From positions 13,943,542-14,007,541 of the forward strand of contig OZ316896.1 in the NCBI GenBank assembly GCA_973895155.1: a stretch of 64,000 nucleotides of DNA. The letters run 5' to 3'. Shown here in pieces: positions 12,215 through 26,326 of this stretch. The position numbers and the translations under genes were made by a program. Every line of letters starts with the position of its first letter. The stretch's first letter is position 1. The DNA comes from Marsupella aquatica (Eukaryota > Plantae > Marchantiophyta). The notes under the pieces are model-generated. The model saw only the letters and a list, made by a program, of their open reading frames with translations. It was not told where the DNA came from and ran no database searches.

Positions 12215-15200
12215 ATGATCCCATTGTACCGGGGAGAGCTGCATAAGGTTTCTGGCGTTCCCCGCCAATTGGCAATTCCGAAGACTCAATTTCCTCTCTC
12301 CGTTTTCCGAAACGCCTTGCAAAAGAGAAATGCTGCGTTGAAAGAGTTCCTACAGCAGCAGTCGTCGACAGCAGCAGAGACGACGCCGAGCAATAACGCT
12401 CAAGGCACGCCTCCGGTTGCCAATGGGGGCCCATTAGAGTCTTCTGGCCTAGCTTCTGCGGATGGTGCTGGCGAAGTTGGAAAGCGAGTTGGCGAGTATG
12501 AAAATGATGGCGATAGTTCACCCGATGACAGGGCAGACAATGGCGTTGGTTCGTCTGGGGGGGAGCCCTCTTCTAGTACAGACCAGTCTGAGAGGATTGA
12601 GGAGGAAACTGAGAGAAGGCGGGAGAGGAAGAGGAGAAGAGGGGAAGACTCTCGGGAGGAGAGTGGGAGATTTATTGACAGAATGGATGACTCCGCTAGT
12701 AGAGACGGTATAGAGTCGGAATTACCATCTACAGGAAAATGTGAGGTTTCACACGAAGGATCGGATCCAATGATTGTTGATGTTGTGGATGGGGCAGTGG
12801 CTATGGATTGCGATGTCGAAGACTCGGAGAAGGCAGTTATCGACAGTGATGGGACCAGGTGTGACGAGATTAGGGTTAGGGTTAGTGACTTAGGAGCGAG
12901 CTCTGAAATGGAAATGAAGCAGGGGTACACTGAATTAGGGGCGAAGGCCGCAACGGAGGCCCAGCAAATGGATGCAGGAAACGTGCGGAGGAACGGCAAA
13001 CTAACTCACACTTTAGGCACCGGCACGGCAATCTCTAGTTTTGAAAACACTAATAAGGCGGCACAAATTGTAAGTGTCTCTCTACCCAAATTTCAGCCTG
13101 GTTTCGACCATGGTTGACTGTTCGGTAGGATGGCAAGTTGTAAACGTTTGCAGACTTGTGCTGGTTGTGGTGCTTGAATAATCGATGCTTCGCACTTCTG
13201 GCTGAGCACCAATAGTGCCTTTTGAAAATATCTCAAACATCTTCCCGACTTCCTGTCTATATACAAAGGCAAGAGATTACAAGGCAAGAGATTACAGATT
13301 CGGAGAATAATATGATGTAAGCTTACTGTACAGTCTTCTGGGTGGATGATCAACTGCAGCAGTTACCAACCACCGGAGACGGCAACACCACTGGATCAGG
13401 GTCTGCAGACTTGAGAATGAAAGAGGAAAAAATTAAGAAAAGGGAGGAATTGGAGGCCAAATTGGAGAAGTTAAGGGCCGTAAAACATCGGTTTGTGCTC
13501 AGATTGAAGCAGGTATGCTCGTCTCTTCTTTTTTCCCCCTTAAAGTGGATGGTAGCTTGTAAGAATGACGTTTGAAAACTTTTTTTGTCAACAAAGACCA
13601 CACCTTGTCCCCTCGATAAGAAGTGAAGAACATTTTGTCTAGCAGGTTTTGCACGAGGAGGACGTGAAGAAAAGAGGCTCTGTGGCTGGTGGGTCACCTG
13701 CAACAGCACACGGAGCTGTGGCGGGTGCGAATGAATCAACAGGAGTGTCCTTTCATGTAGAGAAACATGGGATTGGAGCATCACAAAAGTCTACAGACCT
13801 GGAGGATGGAGAATTAGAATACGCACGCACACCAAGCCCGCCTTCACGGGCTATCCCAAATATACACGGCAGTGTTAGCAGCCACGGTACCTTGGGTCCC
13901 CCTCCACTGGCTCTTGTCATTGGACGACAAACTTCCTTGTCTCAACATTTATCTCAGGTGCCTGTGATTCGCAGTCCTTGGCTTCACACTCCTTATTTAT
14001 CTGTCGTGCATCTCCTTGCGTACAGTTGGTCTTGTTGCTCTAACCACAGGATAAATTTCTCCTTGATTACAGCCATCAGTCTGGTGTGATTTTGTATGTG
14101 GATCTTTTAATTTCTGAATAGTTTTCCAAGACCCTCTGGTGGAAAGAGACGAAAGCATATGGGACGTGAGAACACCGTATCTTCCGGATCGGTGGCTTAC
14201 GTAGGTCCCATTCTGCTTCCATGTTCAGTGCGCGGGGAAAAACAAGGACTACACTGCCTCTCCCATCTTAATCTTTTTGGCTCCTTAAGGTATCCAATTC
14301 CTGCAGAGACAAGACATTGGATATTTTGGGTTGCAAGTCCTGGTGGAATCTATGCCTGAACATCAGTTGGTCTCCTGCACAATTCACGAAGTACAATGTG
14401 TCCTAGTACACGGGTATATTGGCAGATATCCGATCCGTCTTCGTTTAATCAAGAAGTAACCATAATTCCATATATCGGTGTGCAGAGTGCATCTGGGAGG
14501 GGATCATATTGTGTACCAGGTCTTGGTGTCCCACCTCCACCACCAGCACCTGGCATGTCAGGTGCTGCTCAATCTCCCGGGGCGGGCTTTATGGGGAATT
14601 TAACACCGCCTTTAAGCAGTCATTCTTATTCCCATATGGTATAAACCTCATCTTCATGTGTACCAATTATTTCTTTATATATATACGGTCCATTAGGAAT
14701 CTTTGGCTTGCTTAATCAGAAGAAGGTAGTCGGGATTAATAATATGGACCCTCTATGTCAGTGCGAGTCAGATCTGTGTGGGATGCACAGTACAAGGTAG
14801 ATGGGTTTGAGGTTTTGGTGGAATAAGCCTCCGTTATCCTCTCTCCGACTTCTTATTTTCTGTTTCCCTGAATATTTCTGTAGGAGATGAAGGTGGCATG
14901 CCAATGAAAGAGAGAAGCTTACGTTTTTTCTGAATATATTGGGGCAGGCATACCAACACGCTGCAGCACTTCATGCACAGAAGGTTACATCTGTTTCACA
15001 TGGGCATGGTCAATTCAGTCCCTCTCCCTCAAGTGGGGCCCCTGTAGGAGCTGGGCCGGGGGTTTCAAGTGGACCTCCTGGGTTCAGTGGCTATCCATTG
15101 TCTTCCTCTGTACATTCTCATCATTCTCCCTTGTCTCAGCCATCCACTTCTTCTTTGCCACACATTGTCGGGCAACAGGGCGTCAGTTCATCCTCACTTT

Positions 15201-15271
15201 TGACAACTCCTAGGGGCCCACCAGGGTATCATGACATACGAATGGGGGGTAGCACATGGATTCAGAGATGA
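12215..15271 (+). CDS. Uncharacterised land-plant protein with a conserved N-terminal motif and a coiled coil; exons approx. 12215-13069, 13360-13512, 13646-13957, 14486-14638, 14948-15271
   Basis: MIPLYRGELHKVSGVPRQLAIP resembles the MVAISLYRGNLH(R/K)VPDVPRRW start of an uncharacterised plant family (from recall). The coiled coil LEAKLEKLRAVKHRFVLRLKQ|VLHEE spans an intron. All introns are GT-AG and phase 0. An extra exon near 14.1-14.2 kb cannot be excluded. Confidence 0.8.
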
Positions 15272-16187
15272 TTAGGATTAGATTACCTGTAATAGGGCAT
15301 GAGATGGTTCACAATTGTTAAACGAGATGAGCCAGGCACCAAGTTATGAGCATAGTAGACGGGGCTTTTCTTGTCCTTGTTGTGTACTATATAAGGTTTC
15401 GATTCGTTTGAGTTTTGAGGCTTTCATGAAGGTGCCTGTATAATGTGTTGATATCTGGGGCTGTGTACTAATACCTGAAAATTCCAGTGGTTGCTATGTC
15501 CCTCGTCAGCACAGTTGGTCTTCACCTTCGTTGCGTCGGACCTTGCAACCCATGCGCAGAGGTGGCGCACGTTGTTTTGCACGACCTTCGGCACTCACTC
15601 ATTACGGATTTTTGGTGGATAATCACCCTGCGCCCCATATTCATAATATTCCATGGCATAGGCTTCAACTTTGAATCAGGTATCTCCTCTGTAGCTTTAG
15701 TCACCTCAGTAAGCTGTTCACATTGGATTAGTCTTGTCAAGAGTTGTGTGGATAGCAACGTCTTCAATTCCCAATGATAAGGTGTCGACCTTGATAACCC
15801 TTCAGTCGGGTTCCATACCAACATTTAAACTGTGAATGAACGTTGAATCGTCTGCCATTTCACGATCCTGCGGTTGATTAATAGTGTCCCAGTCATTTGA
15901 TTCTGACAACACAAGTCCAAGGCAGTGTAATCACCGACTAAGAATTTGCATTGGTCCCACCCATAATCCAAACTGGAAGCAAGGATGAGGCTAGAGTTTA
16001 GCATTGTAATTGAAAGGAAATCAGATGTAACAGGTTGACCAGCATCTAAAGTACAGTGTATGAGATGTTCCTTCGGGGCACAAGCACCTTTGTAATTTGT
16101 GAGATTGGTTTACTACAAAGGTCTGATATCGTCAGTAACACTACACTCAGTCTCAGAGGAAGAGACCTCTAAAATTCCTATCCCGGT

Positions 16188-16344
16188 CTCCTGAGAGAGG
16201 ACCTGATTACTTCCATGGCTTCTCAAGTGCACTCAGAGGGCCTCCTGAGAGAGGACCTGATTACTTCCATGGCTTCTCAAGTGCACTCAGAGGGCCTCCT
16301 GAGAGAGGACCTGATTACTTCCAGCTTCTCAAGTGCACTCAGAG
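16188..16344. repeat. 54-bp tandem repeat, about 3 copies
   Basis: CTGAGAGAGGACCTGATTACTTCCA... recurs at 16191, 16245 and 16299. Confidence 0.95.
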
Positions 16345-16691
16345 GACCCACCAACCTGCCGATTGGGCCTGTTCTGCTTCAGGCACTGGGCAGAGGGTGA
16401 CAGCATGGGCTCCAGGAATTGCACCTCTTGCGCCTCTCCCAAATGGCAAGTCTAATCCAATATGGGAACGACTCACTAATTGGCGTATACACCAGAATTG
16501 TGCCCAGTTGGGATTGTCCCTCTTGAAGAAACAATTGGGACAAGTACACAAACCAACCATATTGGATGCAGACATCAAACAACTACTAGATAAGTAGTAG
16601 AAAAGGCTGATGTTGTTGTTACATACTGCGAACACTAGATAGAGAGGACAAAAGCTCTAAATTTCCAACTACAACATGATCAGCGGTATCC

Positions 16692-17109
16692 AATGTTTGG
16701 GAAATTGACCACACACAAACATAATAACAGTGCCCACCCACTTTGAGCAATTTCTACAATGCACGACAGATATCAAAATTGTAAGTCACCACAACCACTA
16801 CTTAATGCTTGGGAAATTGACCACACTTGACTGACAAGAGAGCATAAATAAGTCACCACAACCACTACTTAATGCTTGGGAAATTGACCACACTTGACTG
16901 GCAAGAGAGCACAATGCTTGGGAAATTGACCACACTTGACTGACAACAGAGCACAAATAAGTAACCACAACCACTACTTAATGCTTGGGAAATTGACCAC
17001 ACTTGACTGACAAGAGAGCACAAACGTAATAACAGTGCTCACCCACTTCAAGCAATTTCTACAATGCGCGACAGATATCAAAATTGTAAGTCACCACAAC
17101 CACTACTTA
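16692..17109. repeat. Compound tandem repeat
   Basis: AATG(C/T)TTGGGAAATTGACCACAC occurs five times with related inter-unit sequence. An approx. 85-bp block at about 16721 is repeated at about 17026. Confidence 0.9.
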
Positions 17110-18829
17110 TACAAAACTGGCCATGACAAATCCATGCAAGGTTTGAGGCATTACTTATTCCTGCTTCCTCTCCATCTTGCAGCCCTTCCCTCCATAGTTG
17201 CTAATTCAATTAGAAATCGCCCCACATGTGCATTTAATCCAAATTTGGCACTCAATCAGTGGAGAGCCATCAACATTCACGCATGAAAAAGAGCTACACT
17301 TGAAAAATGTGAAAGAAATACATCTACTACCTGCTCGTTCAATTCATGTAGAATGCGCTTGCCTTGTCCAAAGTTACGCCGTTTGGAAGATGCCTGTGAT
17401 GTACAACAAGAAAGATTGTACACAACAATGTACCTAGAAAAAAGACTTCAATGGAATTACAAATTAAACATGCAAGCTCTTATGGGACATCAAAAATGCA
17501 AATCGCACACTTAAGGGCTGGATACGGTAGCAAACGGACGATTCTATGGAGCTCTTCAACTCCAAATAAACTGATTCACAGCGACTATCGAAATGAGCTG
17601 ACACTCTGCTGAATGACAACTGCATGCATGTTGCCCTTTGAAAAAAACAGCCCCTGGCACTCGCGAAACTTTGCATTTGGCCACAATTGGCGCAGAAAAA
17701 TCAGAGGCTGGCCACAACACCAAATCCCACCACTCGCAAACACTCGAAAGAAACCCTATTGGATGTGCCAATCCGCGAATTCTCACAGCAATCGATCTCG
17801 CCCGCGGACACAACATTCCTCATTGCCTCCACCTCGAATACTCAGCAAAACCCAGATGGTGCCGCACACAGAGGTTTGGGGGCAAGCTCACACAAAAACA
17901 CTGATATATCAATACTCATATCATCGCCTGGCAGGAAGGAAAAATCCTACAGGCAGGATCGCAGCAGGTGGAAACAACATTTAATTAATATTTCACAGTT
18001 AATGGCCGTGAACCTAATGACTACTACGGTATAGTGCAAAAACTGACTATTTCTACTGGGGACACTGGCTGGTCATTAATGAGACTTGAGGTGTCTTATT
18101 AACTTTGCCTTCAAGAAGAGTGGGTGGATTGGCTCTTGGCATTGACCACATGTATGCTTAAGAAATAGACTCGTGCTTGTTTGGTCAACGTGTATTTTGC
18201 TTTATTTTGGGGGGAACAGGGTGTTGATCTCAACGGTGCTTCACTGGTTCAATTATTATTGCTTAATTTGGAATCAATAATGGGGAGCTGACTATCTGAT
18301 ATGATCTGTCTGATTCTCTGATCTGACGAATAATAATAAGCTCGAAGTGAAAAAGAGTTCTGCTGATAAAGACCTGGACCCCCTCCGCGAAGGACCCTAA
18401 TAATATACAATTTCTGAGGTCGCAATGGAGCCTAGTTGCTTTTCTTTTGCAGAGACTTTCAATTATTTAATTCAAAGAAATGAGCACATGCAAAATGATG
18501 ACTGTGGCAGGGTGCCAGGGATAAGCTGTGGCATGCGTCATCAACCCACCCCAACTTATTGTTATCATTATTAAGTAACTACTCCCCAAGCAGGCTACAG
18601 TAGGTCGTCGATACAGAAATACAATTTCTTATGGCCTGCAAAGTCTGCCTGATTTTGCCGCCTCGTGTAGCTATTAATTAATGAGTCCTACGGTCTGGCG
18701 AGGTCTTGAGCCTACGTCGTCATAGCAGAACTTAGGTACACCCTCTATGGAGTACTTTACAAGACTTCGGGGGCACTTTTTTTTACCAAAGCAAACTGGA
18801 GGGCCATTGCACACATTAAATATAGTGTC

Positions 18830-20260
18830 CATAGGCTAAAAGCATTTTTTGAATCCTTTTATTGTCCCCAAGGTCTTGTAAAGCCAAGTGCAGCCAATGG
18901 TGCCAGATTAATTGACTAAAAGACAGATTGAGGACCCACTCGGCCTGAATGTCACGTAATCTTTGGCTAAAGTCTTTGTAAATGTGAGAAGAGAATATCT
19001 TATGAAGGACTTGTGGGTCCCTTTTTATTACAAATGACTTAAAATAGAAATGGACAAAGCCGCCAGAAGAAGAGACCACCAAGAGAGGTGGTCTAAAATC
19101 TAGGACAAAAGAGTGCTCCACATAAGCAAAAATTGGGCCCCACTGCATTCCATGTAGGATTGGTAACAGGTTCGGTTGAAAGTGCCCCCAAGGTTTTGTA
19201 AAGTGAACAGCAGCAATTTCTCTCAAATGGATGGCCTTGATCAGATCTTGGACACAAAAAAATGTGGAAACTGCCCCCAACGTCTTGTAAAGCCACCCTA
19301 AAATAAGGCCCAAAGTTCCAAAAGTTGACAAAAAAGAACACCAAAGTTCTCTACTAGGCATCTATACAATTGCACATCAAAATATATGACAATATATAAT
19401 ACAATGTCACTCCTATTAACTCAATGATGCTATTCAAGCTCACTAAGTGTTATTAATTGATATTACCATCACATTTTGATATGTATATATGGGAAAATTT
19501 CTTTTACAATCTTGAACCTCCTCTTTAGAACATCCCCATTCCACCAATGGGTAACATTGTCAACTACGTCATCAGATCTGCATTAGGCAAGAAAATTTAG
19601 TACACTACAGATCTAACACATGTAATTTATCAACTATCTCAGGGCAGCTTTACAAGAAGTTGAGTCCATTGGTTCTTTTTACTTGCTTTGGGAATAATTA
19701 TGGACCCTATAATGAGCGGAAATGGCAGTAATTGGCTATACAATAGAAATCGGGGCCATCCAATTATGTCTGTCAATCCTATGTTGCAAGCTGTGGGTCC
19801 AAGTGAATACTGATGTGAGGTGGTCCAAACATTTCCAAACCTTGTCTCCTCCATTCAAAGGAAACATGTAGCTTTTTCACTCAGCTCTCCCCAAGCTATT
19901 CAAATTGTCATCTTGACCCCCATTCGGATATGGGATTACCTTAACCACTGTAGCTAACCCTGGATCCCCGCCCCCAAGAAGAGGGAATTCTCACAAGGCT
20001 CCATGCATAGCTTCAGCAATTGTAATCCCCCATTTCAAGTAGCAATGAAACAAGTGCTCTTTCCAGCTTCAAATGCTCAGGGTTAGGGATGACAGTCTTC
20101 AAGTCAAACTTAATCTACTTTAAAGCTCTAGAACACCTGGAAGCCTCCATCCTCCCATGGATCCAACTATCCAAGATACATGGAGATTTGTCAACTCCCT
20201 TAAACTTCCTCACCTCCAAAGCTCCACCAAACTGTCACAGAGTGTTGGAGAGCTAAACCA
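18830..20260 (-). mobile_element. Highly degraded L1-type LINE ORF2 3' remnant
   Basis: On the - strand, in the expected order across frames: MYLG (about 20180), IAWGEL (about 19890), FHIFLCPRS (zf-RVT-like, about 19260) and a W-rich ILSHL C-terminus. Boundaries are approximate. Confidence 0.45.
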
Positions 20261-23200
20261 AGCACAAATGGACCAAAGTTAGAACCTTCTAGACTCCCCC
20301 AAAGCGTTATAGATTTTTAGAGTTAAACCGAGGGCAAAAATAAAATGTTAGAGTGGACCAAGCCTGCATCCTCTACAAAATGGGCACACAGCCAAGGTCA
20401 GAAATCAAACGCAGCATTCACAAGCAGCCAAGGCCTAGGTGATTCCATCACCGGCCTTAGCAATTCCATCAGCCAAAGCTTTTAATGACCCTAAATGAGC
20501 AGGCTTTCAGGAGCTGGGGCAAGGCAAAATGAACCAAAACACCAAAAGCGAGCACATAGGCAAAAACCAAGGTAAAACAGCCTGTTTTAGCTGAGACCGA
20601 GATAAGCCGAAAGGAGCCAAACCAAGCTCACAACAAAAGCAAAATGAATGAGAACCAAAAGGAACCAGAACAAAGTGTTAGAGCCTTCAGAAACAAAGAC
20701 AATTGGACAGAAAGGAAATGAGTAGACCGCAAAACCCAAAATATTATAGACCAAAGTTTTGAAGTTTTGGAGACAAAATGACTGTTAGAGCCTTCAGAAC
20801 GCAAAGTATACCAAATTCTTTATAGAACAAACACCAGAATGAGCACAGCCAGGGCCAGGAAACAAGTACACAACAACGGGTGCAGCCTCCAGAAATGAGC
20901 ACCAGAAAGCCAAAAAAACAAGCATAGCCAATGCCAAAGGCCAAGACAAGTGCACCAGGAGCACCAAAATGACCACCAAACAGCCCAAAATGACCACAAC
21001 CCAAGCATGTAGCAGTAGCACAGCTGAGGCCAAAAACCAACCAAAAAATGCGACAAGCGGCTAAGTCACTGAAGAGCCAAGCAGAAACAACAGCAAAATG
21101 GGAGGGCGAAAGCCAAAAACCCAAGCTTAGGCACACATGAGCAGGAGAGTTGGGCTGCAAAAATGGGACTTGGGCAAGCTAAAACGAGCAAAATGTGCAT
21201 GAGCACTTGCGCTGCCTACCGAAATGGCTCTCATTACAAGCACAATGGAACTTGGGCAAGAGCAGGAAAGTACAACGGGAATGTTAGGTAGTTCAATCGT
21301 GTAACTATTGAAAAAAATCTACGTCAGAAAATACCAGATGGTTTTCAATTCCAATCTGACCTTGCCGAGAACCAAAAAATGGAAATTTTCAACAAAAACT
21401 ATTGGAATTGATTTATTTATGTGTTTGTATTGTACGGGCACCCTCACATCTTGGCTGACCTTTTAGTCTCTGTACGGTACTGATGCCCAATAGTGAAAAA
21501 ATTCCAAATTTGTTTTCTTGCACCGTGACTTGGTGGCCTCTCTGAGATGAGGTGGCAGCTGATATAAGGTTGACTGATGGAAGTGACTGATGACTGATGT
21601 GATTAAAAATTATTTCAAGGATGGTCAACTGAAGAATAAATCCTTGGAGCTTGAAGAAACTGCTGACAAGAAAAGGAGGAGCTCATGCTTCCCCTCCATA
21701 ACTGGCCGAGTGGCACTCCCATTGCCGCCACTAAGAATGAGCACACAACCCCACGTGAGACTTGCTGAGAGATTCTGAGCTGACAAGGCCCATGAAAACA
21801 AGTAGGCTAAAACCACCAGACCAGCACGACACCCGAGTTTGCCTTAGCACATCTGTAGACATGATGCAGAAATTGAGGAAGAAATCAGGCAGACATAGGA
21901 CTCTCTAACAACACACACACTTTGCTACATAGTAGCAGTATGTACTCCTGAATCTCCAGTCAACACAAAAATGACCTGTGCATTCAACAGCATAAACAAA
22001 CAAAACACATTGGCCAGACTAGTCGAGAGCTCTCCTGCTAAAATGACAACCAAAAACAAACTTCTAATAACAAGGATCCCATCATCATCAATGCGCAATC
22101 AAGCAGAGAAGTTCATTGGATCATTGGCATCCCAACAGAAGCATCTTGACGAGATAATAAGGCATACTTGACGAGATAATAAGGCAATAAGCAGACATTG
22201 CAGCAAGGCTCGAGTACCGCAATGGTCCAGGAGACTGCCCTGAGTTGTTGCTATTGCTGTTGCTGATGTAGAAATCTTACCAAAAATGATCAGAAGAATG
22301 TGCATGCTCAAATTGCTCACATAACAGATCACAAGAGAGGGCCAATTGAGTTGGGAGTTGATTGACAAGAGAAGTGTGGTACGTACATACGTAGTAACAT
22401 AAAGATAAGTAGTTGGACTCATGCCATGTCTATGCTCAAATAGCTGCGGATCGATCAGCTTTATGAGGACTGATTTCCTTCAAAAACACAAGCACAAGCA
22501 CCAAACGTACTGAGCTTACAACCTACAAAAAATATGAGCAACATTGAGAGCAACAACCCCCAAGGCTGAAGCCAAAACAGTAAGGAGCAGCCTCAGGAGC
22601 AATTAATGCAAAGGATCCAAAGCTCTAACATCATGGAGCAGCCAACATTGCAACAACAGCAAAGACTTGGCACCACTAAGTAGCACTGAAAAAGGAGCAG
22701 AACAAATACAATGCACTCAGACTGAAAGTATGACGTTGAGACTCTAGAAACCGAGTACAATGAGGCAGCGGCCATTGGACCAGCAACAACAAGCGGCATC
22801 CAGCATCCATGAGTAGCAAAGAGCACCATTAAGAAGAAACAAGTACCATCTAGCAGCAGGGAGCATGAGCATCAAGCACCCAGTTGAAAGAAGCCATACG
22901 ACTAACAGTGAGGCAGTGGCTTGCCTCCTCTACTTGCGAGGGCAGCAAGAATTTTTACATCATGAGTGGCCATGAGACTTTGACACCAAGGGCTGCGGCT
23001 TGCCGTAACTGGTTGTGCTGCTAGAATTTGGCAGCAAGTGCAATGGCTCTGCCACAAATTTGTCCAGTTGCCTATAGTGCTCTGACTCAAACTTGTCCAG
23101 TTCCCTATAGTTTGGTTCACTAAGATAGCCTAAATGTTCTTACTGCTTGCTACAAGACAAATAAGCAACTAAGTTCCACGATGAGCCGGCTATATGGCGG

Positions 23201-23353
23201 AAGTCTCCTTATTCCCTTGTCTTACTTGGATTAATTGTGAGCTATTTTGTGTCAAATTGCTTCAAACAATAAAGTTATCCTTAATGAAAAGGGGCCAAAA
23301 CCATGGCCAGATTCCTCGCCATATTCCCTATTTGGTCTTTTACATGTGTTTCC

Positions 23354-23650
23354 CACTAGTAGAAACCGGGCATTTTGTGACGAGACCAGTTATGACAGGC
23401 TTGACCACCAAAGTGCTCTATTGTAACACGAGTATTTTTGATGTGACAGTATATGACTTTACAATCATCCATAATTCAACATAAGACACTTGGGCATATT
23501 AAGGTATGTGTTTTATTGAATTTCCAAAAAGTATATGACTACATAGTCATACTTAGTCTAGGTAATATAAATGCCTTTGTGGAAACCACGTCTAATGTAG
23601 TCACAAACTTTTATTTCCAAGTTTTTATGAGTCATGTCATCTCTACTCCC
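23354..23650 (+). mobile_element. Orphan CACTA-like terminus
   Basis: CACTAGTAGAAA is followed by clustered GTGAC/ATGAC/GTCAC/GTCAT subterminal-like motifs. No matching other end with a 3-bp TSD was found. Confidence 0.4.
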
Positions 23651-24247
23651 CTATACCCTAAACTCATAATATTCACCCTCTCCCCTCTTAAGTAGCCCCT
23701 TGCACCTATATGTGTAAAGGACAACCTTAAAATGAAGGCTCCAATTGCCCAAAGAATCCAATACTTCCATAGGGGGTCAGCCCACATCCACTCTCAACGG
23801 GACTCAGTAAAGGCATTTTTCTCAGCCCACACCACTAGAAGGTACTACAGGGTTTTGCGCGCTCTCGTCTGCTGTGGGGATTGATAGGGCTTTGGAGGCC
23901 TAAACGACCATTGTCTTTGGCGGGAGGACGAGATAACTGCTGTTTCTTGCGACATCAGCTTAGGATGCGAGTTCACAGTGCAAAGGGAAGGCACAAGTTC
24001 ATAGCGCAAGTTCATTTCCAGGGTGCATTGCAAACGTCCAACTGCAACTATGCGCAACTCTTATCGACCTACAATCGGCCAGCTGAAATTTCAGTTTAGG
24101 TTGTAGACATTGGAGGGTGGTCTTTGGAGCTTCATATTCTCACCAAACACACAGGTCGGGGAATGACTTCCTCTGTCTCTTATTTTGAAGCTTTGTCTTC
24201 TGCTTTCATTGAACGCCCTTGCAATCATGCGTTGCCCGAATAGACAG

Positions 24248-24322
24248 GATTGAATGCTGAGACTTGACTGAATGCTGAGACTTGTTTGAATCAATGCTGA
24301 GACGGGACTGAATGCTGAGATT
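24248..24322. repeat. Approx. 18-22-bp minisatellite, 4 copies
   Basis: AATGCTGAGA core repeated four times. Confidence 0.85.
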
Positions 24323-25850
24323 GATGTTAGGTTTCCTGTGAGTTCTAGGTGATGCTTCCATTTTAGATGTGCGAACTCTGGGGTGCAGCTTTTCCAGCAT
24401 TGCTTTAGCTTTGCTTGTCGTGTCCAATCCAGCTTGAGCTCCTACCATAAGTGTCAAGACTCAAGGTTTACTAATGCGCAAGCTCTGTGGGAGGCAGAAA
24501 GGGCAACGCTGAAGATGCTGAAGGTCGACATCGGTGCTGCTATCCTTAAACTTTCCAGAAGGTCCCTTGTAGCAGGCATGTTAGCAAATAAGCAGGCGAG
24601 GTAAGAGGTTCACTTTATCAGCTAGCAACTTGGGAAACTGCTCAATCTTGGGAAGCAACTGCTCAATCTCAAGAAGAGCTCGCAGCAGAGGGATGAAGCT
24701 TGAGCAAAGGCAGCTCACAGCTATGGAAAGAAGCAGCTCCCAGCCTGGTGATTGTCAGCAGCTTGCAGCAATAGTTGGGCCAGAGCTTGCAGCAATGGAG
24801 GCAAAAAGTTGGGCCTGAGAAAAAATCCAGCAGCTCACAGCGATATAGGGCCTCGCAGCGGTGCAGAGAAAATGTTGTGTCTGGGCAAAGAAGGAAGGAA
24901 AACGTCGAGGTTGAGGCAGCGTGAAGAAAAATGTTGGGCCTTGGCCTAACTCTAGGACCCACACTGTTGGGGAGACAAAAAAAAAGGGGGTTGACCCTCT
25001 TTCTCACCCAGAGTACTTGAAGTTTGAAATTAAACCAACTTGCCCACTAATTTTCAATAAAGTGGTTACCAGTCTCCCTTAATCATGGACTTTACTGATA
25101 ACTTTAATGTGTCTCTTTTGTATTTTAGTAGAATTCAGTAGTGTAGTTTTTTATAACCTTTAGCATGTAGAGGAAGTTCCATTCAAGATTAGGTACTGTA
25201 TCTCTCTTTTAATCAGAAAGTGTTGTCCCAATACATCAATATATTTCACCTTTTTCTTATGTTCTTTTCAGCATTCACTATTTCAATGTTACTCAATATG
25301 ATCAGATATATTCTCTTTACGAATCAGTTAAATTAGTCATTTTTTCACGACAGGATACCTTTTGTGGGTGAATAAGTTAAAATAGCTTCTTAAAATTCTC
25401 CCTAACCAATCCATCATTGTTGCCCTCAAGTTCGCAAACAAATAAACCTGTTGTAATAGTGCATGAACCTTCAAAAAATACAAAGGAATATTTGCATGCA
25501 TAACAATATCACATAAATGATTGGCAAACGCTTTTTCCAGTAAGTAACGAGGAATGACACCCCTACTGAGATTTTTCCTTCCAGTTGCCGAATGATGTTT
25601 GTCATGATAGCCAGTATTTGAATGCACAAGATTTGTTGTACTAAACTCCAAGTAAGCATGCTCATTCTAGAACTGAATTACAGTAGTTATTTTGTTTGTA
25701 GCAATTCAAAAGGATAATTATTCTATCTAAATGAGATAAATTAGAAAAGAAATTATTCCTCAAGCTCACAATAATATTTTTTATCATTACTGATTAGATG
25801 GGAAGGCAAAGGCAAGTTCTGCCCTGAAGATAATGAAAATTAATGTACAA

Positions 25851-26326
25851 CCATCTTCCCCTGAACACAATGCCGTGGCCTTGGATCCAAATAGTGGGCC
25901 ATGGATCACTCTATTTGAATAGTGCGCCTAAGATGTTGTATTTGAGTTTAGACTATGTGTTTTCATTTTTTTGTACTTGAAGGGCATGTATTTGAGTTTA
26001 GACTATGTGTTTTCATTTTTTTGTACTTGAAGGGCATTGTGCTCAATAATGGACGTTGTGCTATAATAGTGACTTCGGGTTTGAATATTGGCATTGTCTG
26101 TCATACAATTCATGAATTGTTTAACGTTTTTGTTCAAAGTAAAATAGTTTAGGGTCAAAACTCAAACACAACTTTCAACTCAAACACAACGCCAATATTC
26201 AAACACAATGCCCAGGTGTTGTGTTAAGAATACATTGTGTTGAGTTCAAATATGTTTCAAGTCGCGGGACCCAACAAATTCTACTTTCAAACACAACAAC
26301 CCGGGCCCTGTGTTCAGAGAAGACTG
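25851..26326. mobile_element. Tc1/mariner (pogo-like) MITE, copy 1
   Basis: TIRs CCATCTTCCCCTGAACACA... and ...TGTGTTCAGAGAAGACTG followed by TA. Homologous, in inverted orientation, to 40684-41378. Internal 50-bp duplication at 25937 and 25987. Confidence 0.75.

Noticed and set aside
12057-12999. Long - strand ORFs (154 and 199 aa)
   Set aside because: Antisense shadows of the real + strand exon.
16692-17109. Repeat-spacer appearance suggesting a CRISPR array
   Set aside because: The intervening sequences are themselves repeats, the context is eukaryotic, and there are no cas genes.
20744-21160. Hydrophobic - strand ORFs resembling membrane proteins
   Set aside because: All three frames are open because of T/G compositional skew, and there are no motifs.
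21590-23150. Possible LINE ORF1/gag-like remnant on the + strand
   Set aside because: A/C-rich and coding-like in places, but I could not identify a diagnostic motif.
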